Virus record (IMG/VR): IMGVR_UViG_3300028549_001457
Coordinates: 96,001 to 160,000 of that record
Length of the DNA: 64,000 nt
Origin: a virus
Lineage: Duplodnaviria > Caudoviricetes
Direction: 5' to 3' (one strand)
Part shown: piece by piece, positions 1-9,908 of the stretch
Numbering within the stretch: the stretch's first letter is position 1
Layout: each line of letters opens with the position of its first letter
Position numbers and translations under genes: made by a program
Notes under the pieces: generated by a model
Database searches by the model: none
The model's input: the letters and a program-made list of their open reading frames with translations, nothing else
Told to the model about the DNA's origin: nothing

Positions 1-2
1 AT

Positions 3-1058
3 ATCTTCCGGGGCCTCGGGCTAGATGTGCTTGGGGATGAACGTTGGTTTAAATATCAGTATTGTGTTGAAGAGATTAAGGGATACCGAACTCAATGGGC
101 AGGTAAGCGGATGCGAAAGATCCCAATTACCGTGACCGTAGGATACAAAAATCTCAATGAATTAAACAATCTCCTAGTCCCCTATTTCTGGGCAAGATCT
201 GTTGCGGATGTAGGGGAGCAGCTTCCGCAGTTAAATACCGATACGATCAATATTGATATGTCTGCCGAACAGCTCCAAAAAACAGAAGATATTTGGAATG
301 GGCTTTACTCAATTGATCATCTAGATGCAGATGAGGAAGAAATTAAGACAGTTACCAGTAAGATGACCGTGCTTCTCTTGCATCAAATGGTCTCAATTAA
401 TCCAGCTATTCTTTCCCAGAAACCTGAAGATTATTTACATGCTAAGACATCTCCCAAGGAAGACGCGCTTATTGAACTTTTAAATACCACCTTGGCTGGG
501 AGTAAAACCATCGTCTACACGAGATTTAGACGAGAACTAGAACGTTTAAAGGTTTTGCTCCCCAAAGAGACTGGTAGAAACGTGCTATATGTGCATGGGG
601 GTATGGATAAGGATCTACGTTATAACATGATGAAGAGGTTCCAGGAAGACCCCAACGAGAACCTTATCTGTATCAATGGAGCGGCCTTCCAAGCGGTTAA
701 CCTTCAGCAAGCTGCCAATTTAATTTCTATGGATCTCCCCTGGTCCTGGGGTGGTGTGCTCCAGTTGGTGGGACGTATGGTTCGCCTCAGATCTCCCCAC
801 GCTATCTGCAATCTGTTTATTTTAAGAACAGAGGGGTCTATTGATGATCATGTTATCGGCCTTTTGAAAAATAAAAAAGGTATCTTTGAGAGGATCCTTA
901 GTAGGAGTGCCTCGCTAGGTGTTTTTGATGAGACCGACCACGAACCTATTCTAGAAGGGGACAAGGGATTTCTTTCCAAGCTGTATGATACCTTGACGCT
1001 GCAACGTAAGCAGTATAAACCAAAACTTTCAGGCAGTATTGCCTTTACCTTGGATTAA
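3..1058 (+). CDS. SNF2/SF2 helicase, C-terminal part (5'-truncated by window edge)
   Basis: Frame is open from base 3; HELICc motifs IVYTRF, VHGGM, VNLQQA, DLPWS..QLVGRMVR. Confidence 0.85.
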   Translation: MFRGLGLDVLGDERWFKYQYCVEEIKGYRTQWAGKRMRKIPITVTVGYKNLNELNNLLVPYFWARSVADVGEQLPQLNTDTINIDMSAEQLQKTEDIWNGLYSIDHLDADEEEIKTVTSKMTVLLLHQMVSINPAILSQKPEDYLHAKTSPKEDALIELLNTTLAGSKTIVYTRFRRELERLKVLLPKETGRNVLYVHGGMDKDLRYNMMKRFQEDPNENLICINGAAFQAVNLQQAANLISMDLPWSWGGVLQLVGRMVRLRSPHAICNLFILRTEGSIDDHVIGLLKNKKGIFERILSRSASLGVFDETDHEPILEGDKGFLSKLYDTLTLQRKQYKPKLSGSIAFTLD

Positions 1059-1064
1059 TTCTCA

Positions 1065-1949
1065 ATGGCCCTGCAATTACCATCAAGACTCCAGGAACAA
1101 CCGTATAAGTGCCCCAATCCCAACTGTAAGAATGGGCAGATCTTCGACTGGAACGTGGGACCCATTGATAAGGAGACTGGGCTCCACAGGGGTGGGATGG
1201 TGAGATGCGAGTGTCAGGAAATCATACGGCACCTTAATTTTCTTGACATTTTTCCAAAAACACCTCACGCACCCTATAGAAACGCCAGTTTTGAAAGCCT
1301 AAACCCTCTGGATCAGAACCTGATCATCCTCGGACCCATTGACAACACCTGGGCGTTAATTAGAGGGGAGTTGGGTCAGCATTATGAAAAACTAACTGTT
1401 AAAGTAATCACTTCCAAGGATGTTGCTGGCTTGCATGTCAATGAGCGTGGTGATTACCAGTGGGGCGCACTAGTGGACGTTGATCTGGTTATTGTTATGT
1501 TAACCCATAATCTAAACACCCCTAAGATTAACACTATGTATCTGGCTCTACTAGAAGCTAGACGTAATAACACTAAAGCCCTCTGGTTTGTTGCCCCTGC
1601 TATAACCTCCTCTATGAAACAGTGCTATGATCCCGCGTTCTGGAAAGTACTAGCCCAGTTTCACGAAATTAACTGTTTGCATTACCCCTCGTTATCTGCT
1701 GCAACCCCCTCCGTATCTCAGCCTAGACAGGAAGCACTCCCCGTAAAAGAGTCTCACGAGCAGATGCAATCCGAGTTATCCCCAGACACGCCTCAGCTTT
1801 CGCAGCCTCCTCGCCCCCGTCCTCCTGCGGCTCCCCCAGTGGTAAATGTTTTTATTCCTAAAACAAGTGTTGATCCCGTAGAGGAAAAGCCCCTTCAGGA
1901 CATGAAAAAATCTGGGGGATATAAGAAGACTAAAAAGGGTAGGGTTTAA
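1065..1949 (+). CDS. DnaC/DnaI/IstB-like helicase loader, degenerate AAA+ with N-terminal Zn finger
   Basis: CPNPNC...RCEC Zn finger, ASFESL, LIILGP and DVDLVIVML at Walker A/B positions; translationally coupled to the DnaB-like gene. Confidence 0.6.
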   Translation: MALQLPSRLQEQPYKCPNPNCKNGQIFDWNVGPIDKETGLHRGGMVRCECQEIIRHLNFLDIFPKTPHAPYRNASFESLNPLDQNLIILGPIDNTWALIRGELGQHYEKLTVKVITSKDVAGLHVNERGDYQWGALVDVDLVIVMLTHNLNTPKINTMYLALLEARRNNTKALWFVAPAITSSMKQCYDPAFWKVLAQFHEINCLHYPSLSAATPSVSQPRQEALPVKESHEQMQSELSPDTPQLSQPPRPRPPAAPPVVNVFIPKTSVDPVEEKPLQDMKKSGGYKKTKKGRV

Positions 1950-3484
1950 TGATTACCGCTAACTTTTGGCCCTTTTTCAATCATCTTTTAACGGATGACA
2001 TTGAAGGGTATGACGCTACGGCAGCGTTGAGTTTTATATCCCCACTTCTCCCGGCTCTCAGTAGGAAAACGCCTTCAAAGTTTGAGGAAAAACTTTTAAA
2101 TTACCTCTTTGACTATATTGAAGCACACCGAGTGGCTCCCTCTCGGATGATGTTTTTCAGCACCCTGACATCCACATCAGCAGCTCACCCCGCCGAAATC
2201 CAGGATCTACAGGAGTATTCAACCAAACTTCAGGCTGGCACTATCTTACGGTTTGGTCTGAATGATGTATCTAGTCTCCTTGATCAATATGAGACCGGGC
2301 GAGACTTCCATATTTTTGAAAATACTGTTCAGACTGCGTTTGAAATATATACCGCACCCACGAAAGTATCTGGTAAAGAGTTGCATGGCCTAACGGCAGC
2401 AATTGATTTCACCCAGCGCCAGATTGCTGGGCTTGGGTCTAGTGCCAATACCGTTGATAGGCATAACCTAGACGAGGACGGTGAAGGTCTATATGGTCAG
2501 TATCTAGCTGAGAAAGCTGATGACTTGATTGCTCAGCGTATTCTGACTGGGATGGATGAGGTTGACTCCGTTATTGGGGGGTTCCGACCAGGGGAGCTAA
2601 TCACGTTGCTGGGATATGTAGGTGACGGTAAAACTACATTGGCAATCAATTGGGCCTACCGAGCATTCCTAGCAGGACTACATGTTGTTTTCATCACACT
2701 TGAAATGCCTGCGGATACCATCAAGAAACTCTTTCATATTCGGCATTCCACACACCCTAAGTTTAAAAGGCACGAGCTTCTTTCAACCACTAAGTATACT
2801 GGTTATACCATGACTCCCGATGAAGAGGAGTTCATGTTTAGAACGGTCATCCCCGACTTTAATAGAGTCAACGAAGATTCCTCAAAGGGGTCCATTCGTA
2901 TTCTGGAGCCTATTGAGTCAGGTTTTACGTATGAGACTCTGAAAGCTGAATTGCTGCGGCTTAACGCCGAACAGCCCATTAACTCTTTTTACCTAGATTA
3001 CCCAAATCTCATGGAAGTTGCCCCAGAGCGTGGGATGGATTATGATAAAGCCATGTCCAGGCTCTATGTAAAACTTAAGACATTGTGCCGAACTTTTAAC
3101 GATGGCCAACGGCTTGTAGGGTTTATTCCTACCCAGGTTAATCGTGCTGGTAGAGAAGCCGCCGAGAAAAACAACGGCTTGTATACGCTACGTGCCATTT
3201 CTGAATACTCTGAAATTGAAAAATCATCTGACCACGTGTTCTTTATTTATCGTGATGACACACTTAATCAGGCTGGGGAGTGTCTAATTGGGCATCTTAA
3301 GTCTCGCCTTAGACGTAGAATTGACCCTTTTAGAGCGGCTTTTCAAGGTGATACTGGTCTGGTGGACTCCATCTTTAAACGTGTCAGTGAACCAAGTGCG
3401 GGGATGCTAACTTCCCTCCCAGGGGAGCCTGGGTCTCTAGCGGTGTTAAATAGTATCCCCATGACGGGAGTTCTCAATCTATGA
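1949..3484 (+). CDS. dnaB: Replicative DnaB-like helicase
   Basis: TGMDEVD..IGGFRPGEL, Walker A GYVGDGKT, FITLEM, YLDY, PTQVNR, SEIEKSSD. Confidence 0.9.
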   Translation: MITANFWPFFNHLLTDDIEGYDATAALSFISPLLPALSRKTPSKFEEKLLNYLFDYIEAHRVAPSRMMFFSTLTSTSAAHPAEIQDLQEYSTKLQAGTILRFGLNDVSSLLDQYETGRDFHIFENTVQTAFEIYTAPTKVSGKELHGLTAAIDFTQRQIAGLGSSANTVDRHNLDEDGEGLYGQYLAEKADDLIAQRILTGMDEVDSVIGGFRPGELITLLGYVGDGKTTLAINWAYRAFLAGLHVVFITLEMPADTIKKLFHIRHSTHPKFKRHELLSTTKYTGYTMTPDEEEFMFRTVIPDFNRVNEDSSKGSIRILEPIESGFTYETLKAELLRLNAEQPINSFYLDYPNLMEVAPERGMDYDKAMSRLYVKLKTLCRTFNDGQRLVGFIPTQVNRAGREAAEKNNGLYTLRAISEYSEIEKSSDHVFFIYRDDTLNQAGECLIGHLKSRLRRRIDPFRAAFQGDTGLVDSIFKRVSEPSAGMLTSLPGEPGSLAVLNSIPMTGVLNL

Positions 3485-4161
3485 ATACCTCACCTACCCG
3501 CCTAAAGAAGGCCCCTCAACTTTTGCAAGAAACAGTTCCAGACGGGGACTCCATTGGCCTTGAGGATATTCTCCCTTACTTGGCAGAATCGGCAGATGGT
3601 CTCAAGGGGTCTGTGTCTCCTGGGGAGGCTGAGCGATTCTACAAGTATGAAAGAGAACCTGATGAATCTACGGAGGCGTTCAATCTTAGGGTCATACTAG
3701 ATTCTCTGTCAGAATTTTATGAAGTTCCTAGGGAACTGATAATGTCTCCTTTCACGCTAGGGTCTTCATCTGTTCAGGGGCTTCTATTGAGGCTTGAGTC
3801 CCAATCAGTTAACTATGCGCCTTGCTTGGTTACGCTTGATTTCCCCCCACAGCTACAATCTGTGTTATCAGAGGGGCCTTCTTCAGCGGGGTGTCGTTTT
3901 GCAGTTATAGGTCTGCCAGAGATTTCCGCTGGAAAAATTTTAGTGCCTGATCTGCCCAAGCACCTCGGGAAATTCTTCCACACACTTCCTAAAAGTTGTG
4001 AGTTTCAAGATTGGAATGCGTCCCCAGCTTCCTCAGACCTATGCCTTATCTTTGATAGCTACCTCGTGGCACCAGCAAGCCTTTTCCCCCATTTTGCCGT
4101 TGATTGTCTAGATAGGCTCCTGGGGTGGCTGCGAGAGCAACACGCTTACCAAGTGGTCTAG
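3481..4161 (+). CDS. Hypothetical protein
   Basis: 226-aa ORF with ATGA overlap to dnaB; no recognised motif. Confidence 0.7.
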   Translation: MNTSPTRLKKAPQLLQETVPDGDSIGLEDILPYLAESADGLKGSVSPGEAERFYKYEREPDESTEAFNLRVILDSLSEFYEVPRELIMSPFTLGSSSVQGLLLRLESQSVNYAPCLVTLDFPPQLQSVLSEGPSSAGCRFAVIGLPEISAGKILVPDLPKHLGKFFHTLPKSCEFQDWNASPASSDLCLIFDSYLVAPASLFPHFAVDCLDRLLGWLREQHAYQVV

Positions 4162-4242
4162 ATGTATTTTTTTTCAAAATCTTCCGTATCTAGGGGGTCG
4201 CTATAATTCTTACTTGTATTAGTTCGTAACCTCGGAGGATAG

Positions 4243-4911
4243 GTGTCCCTAAGTTTCAGTGATTTCATTGAAATTGGCAATGAGGCGGTAGACTTCCGTA
4301 AGCTTTACGACCATTTTGGCTTCTCTTACACGCGAAGTGGTGGGTCCACTCAGTGTAAATGTCCCTTCCACGGAAGGGATCGCCACCCCTCCGCAAGAAT
4401 CTATGAGGACACTAACTCCTGGTTTTGCTTTACGTGTGGATTTTCTAGGACCCCCGTTTATTTTTTCAAGGACATTGTTGAAAAACCTCTAACTGATGCC
4501 GTTTTTGAGTTCTTTACCATATTTAGGTTGGATATTATTTGCCATCGTCCGGACCTACTCAATGAGGACTTCTCGCTAACTGCAATCAAAAAAGCACACT
4601 TTTCACACATTGTTGAGTCTGCCGAGTCGCCACTTGAGGTAACAAGCATAACACTCCCCAAACCCGGTAATACTAGGGTTGAGCATGTATTTTCAAAGGC
4701 AGTTCTAGGTAAGGTGGACACCTCAGTTTTTTATAAAGAAACCAAGGGCATCTGGGATTTGCATTATTCTGCTCCATCTTTCTATTCTATTTACATGGAA
4801 TTTACTAGTCACTTGAATCGTATTGTGTCACCTGCAGCGACTGAAACTGACTGTGTTAATTTCAATAATTTTCTGGCGACCTTAGATTCTCGCTTGAGAA
4901 ACTTCATTTAG
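4243..4911 (+). CDS. CHC2 zinc-finger protein (primase N-terminal domain only)
   Basis: CKCPFHGRDRHPSARIY..NSWFCFTCG; SD GGAGG upstream; no TOPRIM E/DxD motifs seen. Confidence 0.8.
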   Translation: MSLSFSDFIEIGNEAVDFRKLYDHFGFSYTRSGGSTQCKCPFHGRDRHPSARIYEDTNSWFCFTCGFSRTPVYFFKDIVEKPLTDAVFEFFTIFRLDIICHRPDLLNEDFSLTAIKKAHFSHIVESAESPLEVTSITLPKPGNTRVEHVFSKAVLGKVDTSVFYKETKGIWDLHYSAPSFYSIYMEFTSHLNRIVSPAATETDCVNFNNFLATLDSRLRNFI

Positions 4912-4932
4912 GTTGATACCCCATAGGTTGGG

Positions 4933-7900
4933 TTGGAACGTTTCCTTAGGGTCCTTATGCAAGATGATGGTCAGGATGTGGTTGGCGTTTCTATAACCTC
5001 GGAAGAGGCTGCGGAAGCTCTATTTGGGGAACTCCCAACGCAGCAGGGTGCTATTGAAGACGTTATTATGATGGATTGGGATGGGAGTCTCCCAGAACCC
5101 CCCATTGAGTGGATGCGGAACCATGCGTGGAGGCTGATTACCTCTATTGATGAACTCAAGGGGTGGTGGGAAGCCGTGAAAGCTGATACCGCCAATCATG
5201 TCCCTACCGTTGTTGATCTAATCAATAAAACTGGCAAAGTATACCCCAAGGTTGGATTCGATCTTGAGACAACAGGGTTGGATAACCGCGTAGTCTTAGG
5301 CCAGTGCAAAACACACATTGTGGGCGTCTGCCTAGCTTCATATGCTCCCAACAGTATGGCGTATGCCGTGGTGCAGACCCCCTGCATGTCTAACCCACAG
5401 CCTGTGGCCTTGAAGCAGTGCATGGGGATTTATATTCCAATTGCTCATAAAGGTTGGGCGTATAATCTAGATCTACTTGAAGTTGTAGCTATTCTAGATG
5501 ATATCTTTAAGAATGCTATTATTGCTGCTCAGAATGGTAAGTTCGATTTTCTTTCCTTGATTGCAAATGGGGATTTGGTTTCAAGGGATGTTCCTCATTT
5601 TAATTATGTTGAGAGGGTTTTTGAGAGAACTACTATTGACCTCCCCGTGTGGCCTCGCCTTGAAGATCCTCAGAGCCTCATTTATCTCATAGACTCAGAT
5701 CGTATGAAGAATGGTGGTGTGGGCCTTAAGGAGATGTCGAAGAGTATTCTTAAACAAGAGATGATTGAGTTTGAGGCTATTACGAGCACTGGTGTAAAAC
5801 AGAAGAAATCTAAAAAATTCATTCTGAACACCTTTGATGCCGTGGCACCGTTTTTGGCTGTCCATTATGCCGCAGCCGATGCCATTGAAACGCTGTTACT
5901 AACGGATGTGTTGGGGTATATCCGCACACAGGGGAACGGTCTCCCGTTTATCCACCAGTTGGATACCAACACTATTAACGTTCAAACGTGGATTGAGCAG
6001 CAGCGAGTGCTAGTAGATCGTGAATACCTTCTAAATGAAGAGCAGTTCCTGGGTCTAAAATGTCAACATACCCTGGGCCTCATTCATTCTATTCTTGGGG
6101 CTCCCGTAAATCCAGACTCCACAAAGATTCTTGGGGAGCTTCTATTTGAGAAAATGAAGTTGCCCAATAAGGGGAAGACCCCCCCTTCGAAAATGTTTAA
6201 ACAGGGTAACTGGAAGACGGATAAGGAATCTCTAGAGGAACTGGCAAAAGAGCACCCCGAACATGCTATTTTTGATCTAATTGTCAAGTATCGTGAGCTT
6301 AGGAACTCGTATCCTAGAAAACTTTTCAATGGAACCGATCCGCTTGACAGCTCTGCCAAATTTTCTTTTTCGGCTACCAGAACTCCCTCGGGTCGCTTTG
6401 CCTGTTCCGGGGGGGATTTTGAAAAAGATGGTGGGGCTGGGCTCAACGTGCAGGCTATTCAAGCTTTGTATGCCACTAGGTATATTTCGGTTAAGCGCCT
6501 TAACCTAGAGGCCCTACAAGGCGTTCTCGGCCTATCTACCAGCTATGCGTTTGACCCGATTGTGTTTGATTGGCTTAAGGCCAATACGTATCAATATAGT
6601 CCCGTTGCATACCCATCTGAGGATACCTTTTTAGAACAGCTTAAGGCTAGTGCCCCTGACACGGACCCTGCTTCTCTCAAAAGTGCTGCAAAACAGGCCG
6701 TCAAGGAAGAGCTTAAGGCTAATAAGGAACAGGGTCTTGCTACTCTAGTTGAGGGGATCTCCGAAAGTGTTCTTCTCAACAATCCCACTGTAATTAATGG
6801 GCACCTAAAGCTTACACCTGATGGTTGGGTATGTATGCTTGTGGATTGCCCACAGTGTCTTCACTTACCTGAGGGGTCCCCTGAATATTATTTTAGAGAA
6901 CGCTATGAGTATGATACTTCTGAGGTTATGAACCTTCGTCGTGCATTTAAGGCTGCACCGGGGTGGACATTCTTTTCTGTTGACTATTCTGCTATTGAGC
7001 TTAGGATGGTCGCAAATCTTGCTAACGAGACTCTTTGGGTGGACAGCTTTATTGGCGGAACGGATCTTCATGCGTCTATGGCTGAGGCTTGCTTTGGTGA
7101 TAAATTCAGAAATGGGGATAGTGCCACCAAATCTTACTTGCGTAGTATGGCTAAAACCATTACTTTTGGTAATTTATACGGTGGGACCTCTCGGACTATT
7201 CAGCAGAATCTCTCTGAGCCCATTGATATCCATGAAGCCAAACGCCTGTATGCGTCATGGATTGGGGCCATCCCTGGGTACCAGGCATGGGTATCCTATC
7301 AGCAAGCTTACGTGAATACTTATGGAGTTGTTTTTACGGCTTTAGGCAGACAACGGGTTATGTTAAGGGATCTCAGGTCTGGGGATAAGGGTAAAATCTC
7401 TTATGCCGAGAGGACCTCCCTAAATCACCCTGCACAGGGGACCTCTGCTGATATCCTGCGTCTATCCCTTCAAAGAATTATGCAATGGGTGCTTGACAAT
7501 GGGCTATCAGATTATGTTAAGCTACACTTCCACGTTCATGATGAGTTGGATTTTTCCGTAAAGGATGAGTGGGTCCCTTTTATTGTGCCTAACATCTTGC
7601 GTATTATGAAGTGTGATGATATGGTTCGGGGGTATCTTAAATGGCCTGTGGGGTTGGAGTGTGATGTTGAATATGGTCAATCCTGGGATGTTCGATATAA
7701 ATTTGATAAAAAAGCATGGGGGGGAATCTCTGCTCTCAAGGAGTTCAACCAAGACATCTTTAAAGCTCTTTTTAAACATATTTCCGAGGGGAATGACTAC
7801 TCGGTTGAAGATTACCGAAATGTTTACTTACCCGTAATCTACAAAACATGGGAAGCTGGTGGATACAAGGACCCCTACCAGGACTTCTCAAAGGCTACAC

Positions 7901-8004
7901 AACGTAAGGTAGAGGCTTTTGCTAAGTGGCGACTTGAGAACCCCACCGCATGGCCCACACCTGAGCATCTAGAACCCCTCTCTCACAGGACTGTTGATGC
8001 GTAG
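4933..8004 (+). CDS. polA: Family A DNA polymerase with 3'-5' exonuclease and large insertion
   Basis: ExoI FDLETTG, ExoII QNGKFD, ExoIII YAAAD; motif A DYSAIELR, motif B RSMAKTITFGNLYG, motif C HVHDE; exact start uncertain (TTG). Confidence 0.95.
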   Translation: MERFLRVLMQDDGQDVVGVSITSEEAAEALFGELPTQQGAIEDVIMMDWDGSLPEPPIEWMRNHAWRLITSIDELKGWWEAVKADTANHVPTVVDLINKTGKVYPKVGFDLETTGLDNRVVLGQCKTHIVGVCLASYAPNSMAYAVVQTPCMSNPQPVALKQCMGIYIPIAHKGWAYNLDLLEVVAILDDIFKNAIIAAQNGKFDFLSLIANGDLVSRDVPHFNYVERVFERTTIDLPVWPRLEDPQSLIYLIDSDRMKNGGVGLKEMSKSILKQEMIEFEAITSTGVKQKKSKKFILNTFDAVAPFLAVHYAAADAIETLLLTDVLGYIRTQGNGLPFIHQLDTNTINVQTWIEQQRVLVDREYLLNEEQFLGLKCQHTLGLIHSILGAPVNPDSTKILGELLFEKMKLPNKGKTPPSKMFKQGNWKTDKESLEELAKEHPEHAIFDLIVKYRELRNSYPRKLFNGTDPLDSSAKFSFSATRTPSGRFACSGGDFEKDGGAGLNVQAIQALYATRYISVKRLNLEALQGVLGLSTSYAFDPIVFDWLKANTYQYSPVAYPSEDTFLEQLKASAPDTDPASLKSAAKQAVKEELKANKEQGLATLVEGISESVLLNNPTVINGHLKLTPDGWVCMLVDCPQCLHLPEGSPEYYFRERYEYDTSEVMNLRRAFKAAPGWTFFSVDYSAIELRMVANLANETLWVDSFIGGTDLHASMAEACFGDKFRNGDSATKSYLRSMAKTITFGNLYGGTSRTIQQNLSEPIDIHEAKRLYASWIGAIPGYQAWVSYQQAYVNTYGVVFTALGRQRVMLRDLRSGDKGKISYAERTSLNHPAQGTSADILRLSLQRIMQWVLDNGLSDYVKLHFHVHDELDFSVKDEWVPFIVPNILRIMKCDDMVRGYLKWPVGLECDVEYGQSWDVRYKFDKKAWGGISALKEFNQDIFKALFKHISEGNDYSVEDYRNVYLPVIYKTWEAGGYKDPYQDFSKATQRKVEAFAKWRLENPTAWPTPEHLEPLSHRTVDA

Positions 8005-8677
8005 AACTCTAGTAAGTCGTAGATTCCTTTCTCAAGATAAGGCGTGGGTCCCCCCGCAGTCGCTCTCTGAGCTTCACGCCTACGCACCTAATCTGGTGTC
8101 TTCAATTGCGCGGAATGTGCTCCTGGAGCTTCAGCAGGGCAAGCTCCACTACAGTGGTCAGCTAGAAGAGCTTATCTCAGACCTATACCAGGATCTCCTT
8201 GATGGAGAGCGCCTTCGTGCTTTTGACGCCTCAAGATATCCCAAGACTCCAGAGAACGGGTGGAAGGCCTTCATGGTCACGGTTCTTGGGAATTTAACTA
8301 AAAATTGGGTTGCGGCTAAGCACCAAAAACTGCACTTTTGCCCTAGAATCTCTGAAGATCCGCTTCAGCCCAACACCGTTTCCGAGAGGGATCTTCCTCC
8401 TGATTTAGCCGAGAATCCCTATCATATTCTTGAGCGCAGAGAGATATCTCACCGTGCTGAGTCTAAAATGCAGCGGTTTATGGTCTTCATTGAAGACCGC
8501 TGTGGGTGCTCCATTACTTCGAAGGCCATTGAGTTGATGTCCTATGATGGGATGTCCCTTTCTGATGTTCAAAAAGCCTTGGGCCTCTCTGACCAGGAGC
8601 GAGGTATCCTTAAGACTAAAACCCAGGAGTTGTGGTATGTTTTCACTTCTGAAGAGCTAGTTTCCAATAGGGGGTAG
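7994..8677 (+). CDS. Sigma70-like factor (region 2 plus region 4 HTH)
   Basis: LEELISDLYQDLL..FDASR..WKAFM..VLGNLTKNW resembles region 2; GMSLSDVQKALGLS resembles region 4. Confidence 0.6.
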   Translation: MMRRTLVSRRFLSQDKAWVPPQSLSELHAYAPNLVSSIARNVLLELQQGKLHYSGQLEELISDLYQDLLDGERLRAFDASRYPKTPENGWKAFMVTVLGNLTKNWVAAKHQKLHFCPRISEDPLQPNTVSERDLPPDLAENPYHILERREISHRAESKMQRFMVFIEDRCGCSITSKAIELMSYDGMSLSDVQKALGLSDQERGILKTKTQELWYVFTSEELVSNRG

Positions 8678-8703
8678 CTGGCTACTCCACAGGCATGATT
8701 TCC

Positions 8704-8732
8704 AAAAGGCACCTTTGGTGCCTTTTTCTTTT
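8704..8732 (+). terminator. Intrinsic terminator-like hairpin
   Basis: AAAAGGCACC-TTT-GGTGCCTTTT followed by TCTTTT, directly upstream of SD AGGAG. Confidence 0.7.
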
Positions 8733-8747
8733 AGGAGAGGTTGATAC

Positions 8748-9857
8748 ATGCCAGATACCCCCTTTCTACCTAAATTGAGTCCTGCACCTGGGGATCTTAG
8801 TAGCATGCAAGTGCTAACAGAACTCCCTGAACACTATCTATCTAATGCCTCCGCATCAAATTATGTTGCGCTAGGTGTTATGTATACCCTAATGGGTATG
8901 GCTACTCCAGAGGAGCTTGCTTCTGAAGCGTATCTAGATAAAGTTCTAATGGGTGTCTTTACGGCGCTTAATAACAAGACTGCTGAGCTTCAGCTCCCAG
9001 CTTTTGAGCCACCAACTCCTCTAGGTCACCCCATATCTTCAAAACTAGCTTTCCTAGTTGACTCTCAGATATCTCGCAAGAGTGCCGCCTCCGTTTTGCA
9101 GGCAATCGATCTTAAGTTTATCGTTAACTATATATTTGGAAGACGCGCAATACTTTTAGACCATGTGGGCAGTATCAGAGTGGCGGGTATTGTTAATAAA
9201 TCCATTGATTATCTTCGATCTGAGACTGGGAAAGCCTTTCCAAGTTCAACCGAACAAGGTGGAACCTGGAATTATGATGCAATTACCCGTAAAGCTCTAA
9301 CAGATGCAGGAATCACCGATCATTTCTTTGTTGATGAGTTTGTTGGGTGGATGCTTTTAAATAAACTTCAACCAACATCAGCTTGGGTGCGTGGGTGTGA
9401 TGAAACTAAAGGCCATTTAGGGGATAACTTCAAACGGTTTTTACCCAGGTTCATTTCTGATTTTCGCTCCTATGAGCTGCAGAGGCGCGAAATAGGGTCC
9501 TCATCTACAGATGAATCTGGCAACACGGTTGATTTTTTCGACTCGTATTCGGGGTCTGCGTTCCCTGGGTCTGTAGAATCCATGGACGAAGACAAAATTT
9601 CAGATATTAGGACTATTCTATCTAAATTTAGGGAGTTCCTAGTTGCCAACGCCCATAAGTATCACTCTGACGAGAAGTCTCTCGTTAAGATTTTAGACCT
9701 TCTTCTACAGGGTGTTAGGCCTACAGATATTAAATCCCAGTTGGGCCTCAATCCGGGACCCTACAGTGTGCGACATTCCAAAATCTGCTCAGCGGGACAA
9801 GATTTCAAACAGCGTTTCCCGGAGTTTGCATCTGTTATAGAACCTCTATTGGATTAA
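8748..9857 (+). CDS. Putative second sigma-like/HTH transcription factor
   Basis: Region-2-like FVDEFVGWML..DETKG..FKRFL..FISDF; C-terminal HTH LLLQGVRPTDIKSQLGLN. Confidence 0.4.
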   Translation: MPDTPFLPKLSPAPGDLSSMQVLTELPEHYLSNASASNYVALGVMYTLMGMATPEELASEAYLDKVLMGVFTALNNKTAELQLPAFEPPTPLGHPISSKLAFLVDSQISRKSAASVLQAIDLKFIVNYIFGRRAILLDHVGSIRVAGIVNKSIDYLRSETGKAFPSSTEQGGTWNYDAITRKALTDAGITDHFFVDEFVGWMLLNKLQPTSAWVRGCDETKGHLGDNFKRFLPRFISDFRSYELQRREIGSSSTDESGNTVDFFDSYSGSAFPGSVESMDEDKISDIRTILSKFREFLVANAHKYHSDEKSLVKILDLLLQGVRPTDIKSQLGLNPGPYSVRHSKICSAGQDFKQRFPEFASVIEPLLD

Positions 9858-9908
9858 CTATACCGTATGGACTCTCTTGTGATCATCGTTTTGTAGGAGC
9901 CTTCGTTT

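Noticed and set aside
4179-4207. Sigma70 promoter from TATAAT at 4202
   Set aside because: No credible -35 at 16-18 bp spacing and no extended -10 TG
6463-6927. Intein in PolA
   Set aside because: No N-terminal Cys/Ser block, no His-Asn terminus and no LAGLIDADG motifs
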